Positions 1-14,230 of a stretch of DNA of 64,000 nucleotides are shown here, piece after piece. The stretch spans positions 10,602,001 to 10,666,000 of the forward strand of contig CM022678.1 in assembly GCA_012295275.1 (NCBI GenBank), in the 5' to 3' direction. The position numbers and the translations under genes are program-made. Position 1 is the first letter of the stretch. Every line of letters begins with the position of its first letter. A model generated the notes under the pieces. That model saw only the letters and a list, made by a program, of their open reading frames with translations, searched no databases and was not told where the DNA came from. The stretch comes from Chrysomallon squamiferum. Its lineage: Eukaryota > Animalia > Mollusca.

Positions 1-253
1 AGCAAAGAATAATTGAATATAGGTAACTGACAGTTTTCTAGTCTCCAGATATTTGTTATGAAGGAAAATATGTTCATTGTTACTTCTTTGGTTATAATCT
101 TCATCACTTGTTATTATTATTAGTAGTAGTAGTAGTAGTATTACTACTATTACTATTTCTACTGTTACTACTATTAATATTACTGTTTCTAATATTAGTC
201 TTCCTATCACTGTCATTAATATTATCATTTTTCTCATTATTATGATTATTATG

Positions 254-290
<37 letters not shown>

Positions 291-907
291 CAGACTGTTT
301 AATGTAATGTTTATTTTTTAATTTTTTTTTTTTTTTTTTTTTCAAACAAATCCTTTATACTAAAAAAGAAAAGTGTATGTAGATGAATATACACAGAGAA
401 AGAATGAACAGTGATTTTCATTTTATTGATTGATTCTATAATATTCTCCATGAAGAATTAATGGGGACTAATTATTAATGCATTTATTCAAATTATTCAT
501 CAACAATTTAATAGTATACACTTTTTTTTTCTTTTTTTTTTGGATTTGCTATCTAAGTAGTACATACTAGGAATAATGCAGTTGTTTGAGCATTCTGTAA
601 CTTGTTTTTGTTTGCCTGCAGATATATTTTCATCTTGAAGTTTTAATTAACATGGTTTCTTATTCATATAATGATTTTGTTGTAAGAGATGTTAAGACAT
701 CTATACCCCCAAAGTTTGTAAAAAAAAAAAAATAATAATAATTTTGAAAAAGAAGCAGAAACTGGAAATACCTTCAGGACAGGACTTGTTCTCCAAAAAA
801 CTGACTAGACGATTGGTAAACAGTACTGACCTTTTTGTGTAGTTACCTGACGAACTGCTGTTACACAGAGGTACAGACAGATGTATGCAAATAACAAAAG
901 CAGGACT

Positions 908-1197
908 GACATTTCACAAGCTTCTAGTATCAAACATTCATTTCATAAGTGTAGTATTAAACAGATTTTATAATTTTGTAGTCACAATTTAGCATACATT
1001 TCACAAGTATATTAATAAACACACATTTCACAAGTTTGTAGAACTTAGCATGCATTTCACAAGTGTAGTATTAAACATGCATTTTACAAGTTTGTAGTAC
1101 TTAGCATTCATTTCACAAGTGTAGTATTAAACATGCATTTTACAAGTTTGTAGTACTTAGCATTCATTTCACAAGTGTAGTATTAAACACACATTTA
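908..1197. repeat. Intronic minisatellite, 56-bp period (two related ~28-bp halves), about 5 units
   Basis: cttagca(t/g)...catttcacaagtgtagtattaaacatgcattttacaagtttgtagta recurs at about 1044, 1100 and 1156, with diverged copies upstream. Confidence 0.85.
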
Positions 1198-1609
1198 TTT
1201 GATGATTTATGATAAGTCAGTGCTTTACTGTGTTACGTTTTCTCTGTTTTTCCTTCTTTTTTAAAGTTGGTCGTAACTTAGCAAAGCAATAATTTATAGA
1301 TAAATGATACTTTAAATTTATTGTATTTTATTTTCTGTAGAGTCTGACATTTTTTTTTTGTTCTAAAAAAGTTTAAAATTTGTTTTGTGTTATATATATT
1401 CAGTTCTTATGATATATCTGATGTGTTCTCTAGTCTTTTTTTATTGATCCAGCACGATGCATAGATTTTTACTTCAGCTGAGTTTTTATGGTAGAGAACA
1501 ATGCTTAACTCAGTACTAAAGAGGGTAGTCCACACAATATCTCCTTGTGTATTTATTACCAGTGTTAATGGTATATAGACTGATAAAAGCCTGAGCTGTC
1601 AATAAGAAC

Positions 1610-2060
1610 ATTCCTAGAGAAAAGCCTATATTATTTAGTGTTACTTTGTTATATTAAATCTCTCTTCAGTACTGGAAAGTTCCGTTGCTGAAAAAATGTT
1701 TCATGTCAGTAGATACTGCCTTGCCTAGGAAAGTTCTGTTATTAGAAAAACATACTTGTAGTTAGATACTATCTGGAACTGTTTTATTACTGGAAAAATA
1801 TTTCATTTCAGTAGCTTCTTGTCTAGGAAAGATCCAACATTAGAAAAATATGTAGATATTGTTATTAGAATAAACATGTTTCATATCAGTAGATATTGCC
1901 TTGTCTAGAAAAGTCTCTTACTAGAAAAATGTTTCATCTCAGTAGATACTGCCTTGTCTGGGAAAGATCTCTCACTAGAAAAATGTTTCACATCAGTAGA
2001 TTTTACTTTCTCTGGGAAGGTGATGTAACTGAAAAAAAAAAAATTTCATCTCAGTAAATA
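1610..2060. repeat. Diverged intronic minisatellite, ~55-bp period
   Basis: Recurrent gaaaaatgtttcatntcagtagatactgccttgtctaggaaag units. Confidence 0.75.
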
Positions 2061-3153
2061 ATTTACATTAAAGGTTGAATTTAGTTAAATAAACATAAAT
2101 TATTAATATATCCATAAAGATAACTGTTTATTACATGTTATTCAGGATTTAACGTTCTACAAATAAACACGTTTTTAAAATGAAAGTATTTTTATTGACA
2201 CATAGTGACATACAAAGTTACAGCAGCTGTTACTGTGGTTAATAAAGGAATCTCAGCTGTTACCAGGAATACGACATACATTAACATTACCGAATGCTGA
2301 GAGGGTTTAATCTTTATAATACCTGCTGCTGAGAAAGCAATACTTAATATGAAACAAATATTGACACAGAAACTCTATTTGCGTGCAGGCTTTCAAGAGA
2401 CTTTAAATAGATAAAAAAAAAATCATTCAGTATTTCTCTGTAGAATATCTTTTGGAAATGTTACGGTCAAATATTTTAGAATTTTTTCTCGTAGACTGGG
2501 TTTCAGATGCATTTGTAACTGTGTGTTGTTTGTGTGCAGATGAGTGCATGCATGTGTTTGTTGAAAAATTGATTATGCACAATACAGGTTATTAATATAT
2601 TGCAGATTGTTTTCCTAGCAAATACACCTTGCATCTTGTTCTAGTAAAACTTCCATGTTAATAATAATATATTAAATGATATAACAGAAAAAACACACAC
2701 ACACACACACACACACACAACATTTTTGTACAGATTTTGATAATGAAAGGGTCATGATGGATATAACTGCTGGAATAATGAACGTATCCTTTCTGATAAT
2801 ACAGAATTCATTTGTGTTGTTTCTATTTATAACATCTAACAGTTATAAACTTGTCAGATCTGATTTGTCATGTACACCCAGTAATTACAAAAACTGGAAT
2901 AATTCCCACTTCTGTTTATTAATTTATCACACTATAATTCGGTTATCGCAATTAACTGAAACTAGATGAGATAAACATAAATATTACAGATCTTATCACA
3001 AACCAATACTCATTATACTCTAATTGGCCTAGAGATTCTTTTTCATGTGAAGCTGATGTGTCCTGATTATTGTCTGGTTATATATGTATTTATTCTCCTA
3101 TGTAACTCAGTCACATGAAAAATTAATTTGTGTTACTATTTCTATTAGAATGT

Positions 3154-3227
<74 letters not shown>

Positions 3228-3765
3228 CTAATTAAATCAACTGCAGAACTAAATGCAGCAGTTACCTACCTAGTCATTATTTTATTGTTTTATTTTCTCA
3301 CTAACAGAGTAGCGACACACACACACACACACAGACACACATACACACACAGACACACACACACACCTAATAATTAATAAATAGCATCACTTTATTACAC
3401 TGTTTTATGAACAAATTATATAAGACTATTTTTTTGTCTTTTGTTTTATTTGCTGATCTTCATTGATCGTCAGTTATCCTATTTTGCTAGTCATTTGTTT
3501 TCTGTTCAGTACCTTTAATCATTACATTCTTACAATTTTATGACATAATGTGCTTTCTTAGTCTTTATCTCAGCTATTGATTTTTAAATAAAAAGTCCAG
3601 ACTGTTTTACTAATGAGCTAACCAGACTTTAGCCACCAGTCAAGTAAGATAACATATAATATTGAAAACACCTTATTTTACAGTGGAATATACTAATTCT
3701 TAGTATGAGATGTGATTGCTAATAACAGTTTGATAGGAAACCTGCTTTTATATATATAAACACAC

Positions 3766-3797
<32 letters not shown>

Positions 3798-4078
3798 GCA
3801 GTCTGTAGTGAGTGTGTAGTGTTTACCCTATGCGGGAATACAAGGGTGGCCTTACTTGCCTAAGTATTGAGGCAATAAAATGTGCTGATAATTATTTATT
3901 GCAATTTTGCCTCAAATCCATCTATGATTATTGTCTGCAGGCATCAAGCAAATGACACTTTTAGCACTGATTAACAAACACAAACACAAGCTGCATTTTT
4001 TAGCACTCTGCCCTTTTTACCAGCCTAGGGGAAACACTAATACATACACACATTCATACCCCCTACTGTTGTGGTAAG

Positions 4079-4109
<31 letters not shown>

Positions 4110-4268
4110 GACACACGCATTCTGAACTGTAGAAATGTTTTTGAAAATATGATGGAGTACGTCAGAGATTTTGTTATAATTTGATGTAGTGTTAAAAAAT
4201 GAAGTCAGAATCATGACTTGCTATGGTCAATTTAACCATAATCAAGAGATTAATTTTAATATTTTTTC

Positions 4269-4312
<44 letters not shown>

Positions 4313-5069
4313 CACACTCATACGTGTTAAGTAAGGAAATCCATTGCTACCATAAAGTTATTAGCAGCAAGGAATCTTTTATACACATCTTGCGTCACTG
4401 ACAGAAAAGAAAAAACTAGTGAATGCACTTTGGATTGATTCTTTCTCCAGATAACAGCTTTACAATTACTTTCGATTGTTGATAATAATAGAAAATTATC
4501 TGTTTTTAAATAGACCAGAAATCGTTAGTTGAAGTAGAAACAGAAATCATTAGTCTTGTACGTGTTTCAACTGGTTTCTGATTTTGTTCTTTGTGTTAAC
4601 TAGTGTTAACATGATTTATTTTTTTTTTTTTTTTTTTTTCTATTGGTTTATTTGTGTTTGTCATTGTGTGGGTGTGTATGAGGGGGGGAGGGAATGATAT
4701 GTGAGTGTATTTCTTTGTTCAACACAGATAATGATGGATATGTTTTTTATTTTCATTCACTAATCATTATCCATATACCCTGAAAACACTTCTTAACGAG
4801 TATATAAATAATGAATTAATTGAAAAACTTTTTTTTTTTTTTTTTTTTATCAGTATCAGATAAACATGCTGAATTTAAATTTTTTTTTTTATTTAGTTGG
4901 ATTTATTTTTTTAAATTTATTAGTTTTGTACATGCATTTTTTTTAATTTTTTCTTCCCTTTCTTATTATTGTTTTCTTTATTCTTTTTATTGTATTTTAT
5001 TTTATTTCTTTAGTATATATATATATATATTTTAAAACTTTACAAAAACTTTTTAAACTGTTATTTCAG

Positions 5070-5200
5070 GACTGGCAATTTGATGATGGTACTGCACCAC
5101 CTAATGAAGTTGTTGAGGACTGGTTTAATTTACTGAAGACGAGGTTTAAAGAAGAGCCAGGCTGCTGTGTGGCAGTGCACTGTGTTGCAGGACTGGGAAG
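5070..5200 (+). CDS. PTP4A: PRL/PTP4A protein tyrosine phosphatase type IVA, internal exon with acid loop and catalytic P-loop; upstream exons not found in the window
   Basis: tttcag| acceptor and |gtaat donor. Translates [43 protein letters not shown](R), with the PRL signature W-x-FDDG and HCVAGLGR. Confidence 0.96.
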
Positions 5201-5734
5201 GTAATAAAAACAAATATAGAAAAAATATATATATAAAAATAAAAGGAATGTGGTGTAATTACACCTGCTTGTTTTACTTACTCGTTGTACCGTGTTACTC
5301 AGCCACAGGAGAAGTTTGTCAGAAAATAATTGGCTTCATTAAATTGCACTGCAGTATCTATGTGTGTATGTATGTATGTGTTTGTGGTTGCTTATAATGT
5401 AAGAAGATAGTCAAAAATGAGATGGATTGAGGGTTTTAAAAAAAAAAAATATATATATATATACATAGATAGGTAGCTAGATATACATACAGAGAGAGAG
5501 ACAGAGAGACAGAGAGACACTTGTGCTCTGTATGTATATAGGTGCTGTTACATGCACTTTTTATTATGGGAATATCTGAAAAGAAAACACTGAGTTTGAG
5601 TGTCTGTCTGTCTGTGTCTGTCTCATATGTATGGCTATTTTTAAACTGTTATATTTTGATTATTTCAAGTGATTACAAGTTTACTGTTCATGTTTTTTTT
5701 ATTCATTACATATTTTATTTTTGTTTTCTATCAG

Positions 5735-5809
5735 AGCTCCTGTTCTTGTTGCTCTTGCTTTGATGGAGGGAGGCATGAAGTATGAAGATGCTGTTGAACT
5801 CATTAGAGG
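5735..5809 (+). CDS. PTP4A: PRL/PTP4A internal exon
   Basis: tatcag| acceptor, |gtaaaa donor, phase 2 at both ends. Translates (R)APVLVALALMEGGMKYEDAVELIR(G), including the PRL-specific Ala after the P-loop Arg. Confidence 0.96.
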
Positions 5810-6127
5810 GTAAAAAGTGTTTCTCTTTTTATTTCATTCTTATCAGAATGTGTTCATCATTAAATTAAAATAAAATAAAACAAGTTGATTAAATGGGAAT
5901 TGATGAATTCTTTTGGTTCTACATCCTTTGAATTACTTATTTCCCATTCCAGAAAGTGCACTTCTTTTTTCTTTTTTTTTTTTCTTTTTTTATTATCATC
6001 ATGTAAAATAGAATAATTAGATTATTATTTAATAAAAACATTTCTAAATGAAATAAATTTATAGTACTTAATCTTCTGTCCATCTATCTGTTATCTGTAT
6101 AAAAAAAATAAAAATTTTATGTTTCAG

Positions 6128-6245
6128 AAAGCGCCGAGGTGCCATCAATTCTAAACAGTTGGCATATCTGGAACATTACCGTCCAAAATCACGACTTAAA
6201 CAGAAAAATCAGCGAAACGGAGACAGTCAGTGCATCATACTATGA
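6128..6245 (+). CDS. PTP4A: PRL/PTP4A last coding exon with basic region and CaaX box
   Basis: tttcag| acceptor. Translates (G)KRRGAINSKQLAYLEHYRPKSRLKQKNQRNGDSQCIIL*, stop TGA at 6243-6245. Confidence 0.96.
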
Positions 6246-6794
6246 CTATGTCGGAGATAAAAATAGTCAGCCTGATGCTCATTTTTAACTTGCATGCCAA
6301 AATTAACTGGAAACTTGTGAAAAGCCTGAACTCTGAAGATTAAAAAAAAAGAAATTTAAGGGGAGAAAAAAACAAAACACCAACAACAAAAAACAACAAA
6401 AAAACCTTCTTCTCCTTAGGGAATACTATTTCCCACCCTGTTAAAAAAAAAAGAGTGGACCCATCTGAGACTGGGTAACGAAGTGCCTCAAGTCATACTG
6501 CGCTACCCTCCATTAGTAATAATAAACTCACCCATCTGTGGACATTTCAGTCAGGGGGTGGGTGACCTCTGTCTTGTGCAATGTTGTGATCACTTTTTAC
6601 AAATGTGTCTGCTGTCCTCAACGGAGACCTTCCTATTATTTTTTGTGTGATAAATTTGTGTGTTTAAAAACAAAAATTCACAAATATTTGTACAGTTATT
6701 ATTATTATTTCCCTTTTTTTTTTCTTTTTTTTTTTCCCCCCACTTTCATTTGTGTGTGTGTGTGTGTGGTTACAATTTCCTTTTCTTTTTCTTT

Positions 6795-6833
<39 letters not shown>

Positions 6834-8094
6834 AAAAGAAAGAAAGAAAGAACCTTATTTGATGTAATTATTAATACAGCTAATGTCCCTGCTATTAAAA
6901 AATTTAATATAAATGCAGGTATCTGGTGTCATTCATCCTTATGATAAAAATTGTATGATACAGAGATAAGATTTGTTTAATGAAATACCCAGCTTATATT
7001 TATATAGATCAAATTGATCAACATTGGGCCTGTAGATCAGGTTTCATGTTACTGAACACATAGGTACTTGTATATTTGACTTCCTTTTTAATTTTACAAA
7101 GTTTAGTACTGGGAATGTATTGAAACTATCCATTATCATCATTATTATTAATTTAATGTTTCCAAAAAATTCTGTTATTATTTCATTCCTGATTTTACGT
7201 GTTCCAGGTATTGCAATTGCAGGAATTCGAAATGAAGGTTGAGAAAAATTATTCCTTCAGTCATAGCAGTTTTTGTTCAAAAGTTTGGTTTCGAAGCCAA
7301 GAAATTGTTGCTAAGACTTTCTTTAATTTGTGTTACAGGCTTACACAAAATTATTTGTAAATGTATAATGTTACAAGTATGAAGACAAAGCTAAAGAATG
7401 TATTTTAAAAGTCAGAAAGCATTCAAATGTTTGAAAAATAAATAAATAAAGGATTTCTTCTTGTGTCATTCCTGCAAACTTAGGAATCCCAAAATTTAAT
7501 TCAGTAATGTAAAAAATTTCCAAATTCCATGTCATCATGATGCATTTTGTATTATTATATGTATATACTACTTTTTATTATTATTTTTTAATTATTATTA
7601 TCACTTATTATTCTTTTTTAATTATTATCATTTATTATTTTATTGTATTTACTTATTTATTTTTTTTATTTTTTTTATTTATTTTTGTTTTCGGTGTAAA
7701 AATTCATTAATTTAAGAGGCTTTCAATACACCATATTCAAATTTGGAATTTCCAAAATTCCTTTTTAATTTTTGTAATACTAACACAAATATAGACAGAA
7801 AGATGAACAGACAAAACTACTTTTTTTAATTCTTTTTTTATATAAATACTGTAAAGTAAATTTTAAAACTTAAATTACATAATTATTATTTTTATTCTCA
7901 TTGTGTGTAATGTTTCAGAGTTGTAAGATTTTCAAAATAAAAAAATCACTGTCACATTTGTTTGAACCACACATATTGTAAATTTAATCATTTAACCCAA
8001 CCCCAGTTAAATGCAGTTGTCAGTGATTTAGAACTAACCTAGATTTCTTACAACCATTTTTCTTGCATCACTTACTTATATCTGCATGCTTAAA

Positions 8095-8240
8095 GTATGG
8101 TTGTTTTGATACCATACTATCCAAAAATTTGGTTGCTTTGATATCATACTATCCCAAACTTTGGTTGTTTTGATATCTTACTATCCCCCAAATTTGGTTG
8201 TTTTGATATCATACTATCTCACTGTGGAGTTTTGATACCT
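8095..8240. repeat. Minisatellite, ~32-bp unit, 4-5 copies
   Basis: ttggttgttttgatatcatactatcc(c/a)aaa repeated. Confidence 0.8.
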
Positions 8241-9465
8241 GTCTGTTTTCTGGTTGGGTCTAGTCACTATGAATTTCATTATAATCTTTTCTGAATTTCA
8301 CAGAATGCCAAAATTTCGTGAATAAAGCATTGAAATAACAACAAAAAACATTCTGAATTTATTCTATTTTTTTTTTGTATTTCTGTTCAGTGATGTGTAG
8401 TACTAACGAATATCATCATTGTTAATATGACATCATCTTTGTATCTGAAATGATTATTTCATGTAAACAAATATTAAATTGTTCTTGGGAAGGTCTTTGT
8501 TTTGAAATAACAAAATTGTCATAAAATGATTTGTTTATAAATTAGAAATTTGTGTGGTTTTAGAACAATAATATTTTAGCCACAAACAACCTAAAATTAT
8601 TTATTTTCTGATTACATATTATTAGAATTTATTAAGTTTGACAAATTTGTTGAAGAGTGTTCTGAATGGAAAATACTTTGCAAGATAAATTGTTTTAATA
8701 TCTGAATATGTTTATTTATGTTATACAGTCCAACACAAAAATAACTATGTGAAACCAATATTTTTTTTCAAAGTTTCTGTTTAGACATTTAGAGATAATG
8801 TAAAGTGGCACTATCCAATATGGTTTACAAAATTTTCATCATCTTAATTGTATTCATAGCCACATTTTTTTGTTTTTTTTTTTTTTTTCTTTAGGTTATA
8901 AACTACTGTTCAGTATTAAAGAATTAAATTCAGTCTGAATATTCTGACAGAAAAATATGAATGAGAAAGCAAATCTGGCTTTCTATTCAAATGTTCGCTA
9001 TAGACATTAGAGATACAAATGTGATAACATTTTCTTTTTCTCTTTAGTAGCTCTGTTGGATATGGTTTACAAAGATTTCGTATGCATTTTTTACTCTATT
9101 CATAACCAGTGATTTACTTTTGTTTTAACTTCAGACATTTAAAATATAAATTTATTTAATAATATTTTTTTCTTCTTCTTCTGTTTTTTTTTATATCCCT
9201 TTTGAAGCAAGTGAAATAAATCTTCAGATGTACAAAGTGTGATAAGTAAAAACCTTATTAGTAATTGAAGGCAATTTTTCATAATTTTTTTTTTTTTTTT
9301 TTTTACTTTGGGATAAAATTGTTGTAGGTCCATGTTAGCGCATGTAATTCAGAGTTCGAACATGCTTTACACATGTCATGAACTAATTTCTGTGAATGAC
9401 AAAGACAAATCTTACAATTCAATCATTTTGTATAGTGCTGCTATTGAAAACTATCACAGGGTCTT

Positions 9466-9467
9466 TA

Positions 9468-9521
<54 letters not shown>

Positions 9522-9580
9522 CATTATTATTATTATTATCATTATTATTATTATTATTATCATTATCATCATTATTATTA

Positions 9581-9623
<43 letters not shown>

Positions 9624-9641
9624 CATTATTATATTTATGTG

Positions 9642-9688
<47 letters not shown>
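9466..9688. repeat. (ATT/ATC)n microsatellite
   Basis: Direct inspection; source of the poly-I/L/Y ORFs in the track. Confidence 0.95.
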
Positions 9689-11961
9689 TGAGATTAAGAT
9701 GTCTGTATGTTGGAATTCAGGTTTCAGATTAGTTTCAACACTTCAGATGCTGTCATTTGGAATTTAAACTATACAGTTTATAACATATGCAAATACCTGT
9801 TTAAAAATTCACACAATTGAAAATTAATGTAGATCAAAATGAAATTTTAATGTAAAAAAAAAAAAAAAAGTATATAATTATATATATATATATGTTGAAT
9901 AAATTACTATAGAACAGTATTATTAGTGATTGTTGTTTTCACCATTCTTTGCTGACTTTTTTAAAATTATTTTTAATAATTTTTGTCTAACATGCACTTA
10001 ATTACTGCCCACTGCATTCCTGCCAAAACTGACTGGAATGTATTCTGATCTTTAAGACTGGGATAGTTTCTTTATGCTTACATTATTGGGATTAATCCTA
10101 ATGCTGGAACAAGTTTTACACAGAATTTAAAAAAAACAAAAACAAAAGCTAAAAAAAATACAGAAATTTATTTATTTATTTATTTATTTGTTTATTTATT
10201 TATTTTTATAAATTTTATAAATTTTTATTAATGCAAATACACAACATATTAAATACACTATAAATTCATTCAAATGCCAAGTTAGGCCAGAAAGAGAAAA
10301 ACAATTTTTTCTTGTAGGTCCCCATTAAGTTTCCCATAACTTGCCTTCCTGCATTTTAAAATATTAATCATTTATTTTTTAAATAAAACTTGAAAAATCC
10401 AAATGATTAAATTCATTTATGATGTAAATATATATATATATACATAAATTCATTCTAATACCTGGACAAGAAACTAAACTTATTTTCCCATTGTGGTCCT
10501 GATGTTTGGTTTCTCACTGCCTATAGTTTAAATAAATAAATAACTAAAATAGATAGACAGATAGACAGGTAATAAAAAAATAATAATTATAATAATAATA
10601 ACAGTTTCATTATAATGTAAATATATTTCATTAAAATATGATAACGCAGAAAGTACAAAAAAAAACAAAAAGAAGAAGCAGAAGAATTCCATATTTCCAT
10701 TTACTTGTGAATTCTGATTTCTCATAACAGAATTATTTCTGAACACAAATGATTGAAAATTTTGTAATACTAAAATACAGTCTAAANTTCTTTTACTTTT
10801 ATTTTTATAATATAAATAATGAAAAAACAAAGAATGAAACAAAATAAAACACTTCTAAAGCAGTGTGTATTTGATCATTATTAATAAACATTAAAAAACT
10901 CTTCAACTACCTGTATGTAAAAATTTTCACACTGCTAAATTCTGTTCCTGCTAATAAATGTAATATATAATAATAATGATAATAAATGAATACAAGAATA
11001 AATAATAACTTATGTGGGATCATGACAAGAACACCTCACTTGAATTAGCATCACAGAAACAAAAGTTAAGTATGCCTAACTCAAAAACATCTTATTATAC
11101 AATTTCTGGTTTTCTGGAAACAAGCTAATAATTTCAATGCCTGTATTTATTCTGAAACCTTGATCTTATCGGAAAGCTGTATAAATATAAAAGTTACTTC
11201 TGAATTAGAAAGTTAACTTTTCCATCATATAAAATAATTAACAGTCTTATTGCCTGATTCATAGGTATGTTGAAAATTCTTAAAAATACATGTTAATCAT
11301 TTTTCTTTATTAAAAACTCCTTTTAATTTAAATATTTATCTGAAATGTATGTGATTTATTTATGCAAATCTGACTGAAACGAGAAAAATTAACAAAAGCT
11401 AATGACATTTTTTTTCCATTTTATTTTTATTATGAAAATAGACATTTAAATATATTTTCAATGCTTCCAAAAAGTAAATAAAATAAAACTGCAAAACTGA
11501 ACTAAAATGTAGTGAAAAAAAACAAAAAAATTGAATTTATAATAAAATATGTTTTCCAGTTTTTGTTGTTGATAAAATAATTTTGAGTTTTGTCAAAATA
11601 AGGAAATAAGTATATGTTGTTACAGTACAAATTAAAGAAAAAATATGTATATATTATAAATTATTTTTTTTTATTATTTTCTTTGAATTTCAGTTTTATT
11701 TATAAAATGTACGTGATGTTGCTACAGAACAAATTTTTGATTAAAATAATTTAAAATTTTTAATTTTTTTTTATCAGATTCTTAAAATTTATGTTTCTCC
11801 CATTCAGTTTTAGTTACAGAACAAACATTTTTGTTTAAAAAAATTCAAGAAGAAAACAAAAGATTAATTTCTTTATTTTTTCTGTCTCTCTCTTATAATT
11901 TTTTTTTATTTTTTCAACTTTACCTTTTTTATATCCCATAAGTGGCTGCACAATCATGCAA

Positions 11962-12016
<55 letters not shown>

Positions 12017-14217
12017 AAAAGTATTGGTAATAAGTACTTTATGTATAAAAAAATAAGCTTATGCACAAAATTACTGTAGCAGGTACTGTATACTGTATAA
12101 TTAATTATATAAATACTCAAAAAATATATATATATATATATATAGATATATATGTATATAGAAAAATGGTTTATATACAGTACATAAATCTTCTAGTGCA
12201 TATACAAATACTTCATTTTAAAATAATAATAAAATACTGTTAACATAGCAGGTATACTGTTAACATAGTACATGTATGTATATATGTATATATGCATATT
12301 ATAAAATAATATAGTATATAATAAGTTCTCTGTTCAAAATACTATGTGTAATATCTTGTGATTTAAATATTTAGAAAATACACCTGTGAAATGCTTGCTA
12401 ATTTGTTGTGAGTACAACATTAATGCTAGCCCAGATTGCTGTCTGCTTTCTTTTAGTCATTAAGATTCAGAATGTGTAAATATTTTTTATTGTAAATACG
12501 TATTTTGTGTTAAATAAATAATTCATTTGTGTATATGGTATTAAAAAATAAATAAATAAATAAATAAATCTAACATTACAAACGATTGTCACAAAGTTTA
12601 GAAGATTTGTTTTCTTTCTGTATTTATTTATTTCTGTGTGAAATATGATTTATTTGTAAAAATAAACTGTTCCCTATATGTAACTAACTCTGTTATCATG
12701 CAATAGTGTTTGTAATAATGTACTCAAAAATCAGTTATTTATTTCATACCATAAAAACAGTATATTTGTTTTCAAACTTGTTAAAGTGTTTTAATTACAG
12801 AAGTGGAAAAAAAAATGAATTTCTTATATTTCTACCATGAATAATAGATGATTTCTTTTTTGATTATTTCTCTTCAGCAACAATTTTTAATCTTTGAAAA
12901 AAGAAGAGATAATTGATGATTGGTAAAAACATGAAGTGAGAGAGAAAAGTCGACAACAATTCTTGTTTCAATAAGAAACAGTTATTTGATGCAAAACGAA
13001 AATAACAAATAGTTTTATTGGTCAAATATCCACAAATGGTGTTTAAGCACTGATGCTATTAAAACAGCTAATCTGAACCATTAACTGTTGATTTATTTAT
13101 TTATTTATTTACTTATTTATATTTATTTATATTTTTACATATGTGTTTTACATTTCAGACTGTTTGTAGTTCTGAACTGACAGAAACGTCTGGTCAGACA
13201 TATTAAAAATACAATCAGACGTCTTTGACCAACTTATCTGGTTCTGATTTTCGATTTTTACTTCTGAATTCTGTCTCTATTTATTTATTATTTATTAAAA
13301 TTTTATAGGTGTCATCACAATGTTTTATATTTAATGTGACAGCTACTATGTGTATGTATGTGGGCATGTGTGTTTTGATTGTGTATGCGTGTATATTTGT
13401 CTGCATGTCCCTGTGTGTGGATATGTGTGTCTGTCTTTAAATTCATGTATATATATATATATTTAGAATAAAATAATAATAGAAAAAGTAATACTGTTGA
13501 CAACAAGTTTGTCCATTCAGTTATTAGAAATCCAGGTAACAAACATGCATACGCATATGTAAAGGGGAATAAATGAAGTGATGAATAATTGTTGTGCGAA
13601 ATCACAAAGGGAAATAACTCTAGACTTTGAACTTTAGAACGTTACTATTTATTGAATTATATATATGTATCCTTTTGAAAGAAAAACCTTTTAAAGAGAT
13701 TGTATATATATATATATATATTTCTTGTTTATTTACTTAGTATATTTATTTTTTGGATGAAATAAAGTTAAGTACTTTTGTCATGAAACCAATGTGAATT
13801 AGAAAGACATTTTTATTCATATTATTATTATTTTTTTTTTTTTTTTTGGTATTTTTTTTTATAATGAAAAACTATAAATATATATATATATATTTATAAT
13901 ATTGTTCTCTAATTCAAAATATCTCTAATATATAATTGTTAATTTTTCATAGGGTCAAAAAAAATAAGAATTAAATATTTTAAAATTAAAACTGACAAAT
14001 TCTAACTAAAAATTAACAAACATTATAATTATTATTAATACCATTCTGTTTGCTTTCTACCCATAGATTTTTTTTCAAAATGGAAGTAGAATTCTGCAGA
14101 TCGTTAAATACTGTTTCAAAACCAAACAAAAAGCAGTGGAATATTTCACTAAATTCTTTAGAAATTTGAAAACAAAGATATTTTTTATTTATTCATTTAT
14201 TTATCAAATGACATTTA

Positions 14218-14230
14218 CACTGTAAAAATT
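14218..14230 (+). mobile_element. Candidate EnSpm/CACTA (CMC)-type terminus CACTGTAAAAATT
   Basis: Resembles the CACTGTAAAA ends of animal EnSpm-like elements and lies just 3' of the DUF4806-like pseudogene. Partner TIR not found. Confidence 0.3.

Larger units (their letters stand above)
6246..9903 (+). other. Probable long AU-rich 3' UTR of PRL; end uncertain
   Basis: Non-coding sequence after the stop. Several AATAAA hexamers (about 6520, 7440, 7936, 9898); the one used cannot be determined from sequence. Confidence 0.35.

Noticed and set aside
3867-3915. Intronic hairpin ttgaggcaa...ttgcctcaa as a pre-miRNA
   Set aside because: Only 9 bp pair well, the total length is short, and I recognise no known miRNA.
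9332-9767. Poly-I/L/Y ORFs, and similar ORFs at 20054-20734, 24777-25074, 28184-28562, 30077-30992, 31655-32045, 51861-52180 and 54772-55134
   Set aside because: Translations of microsatellites with no domain content.
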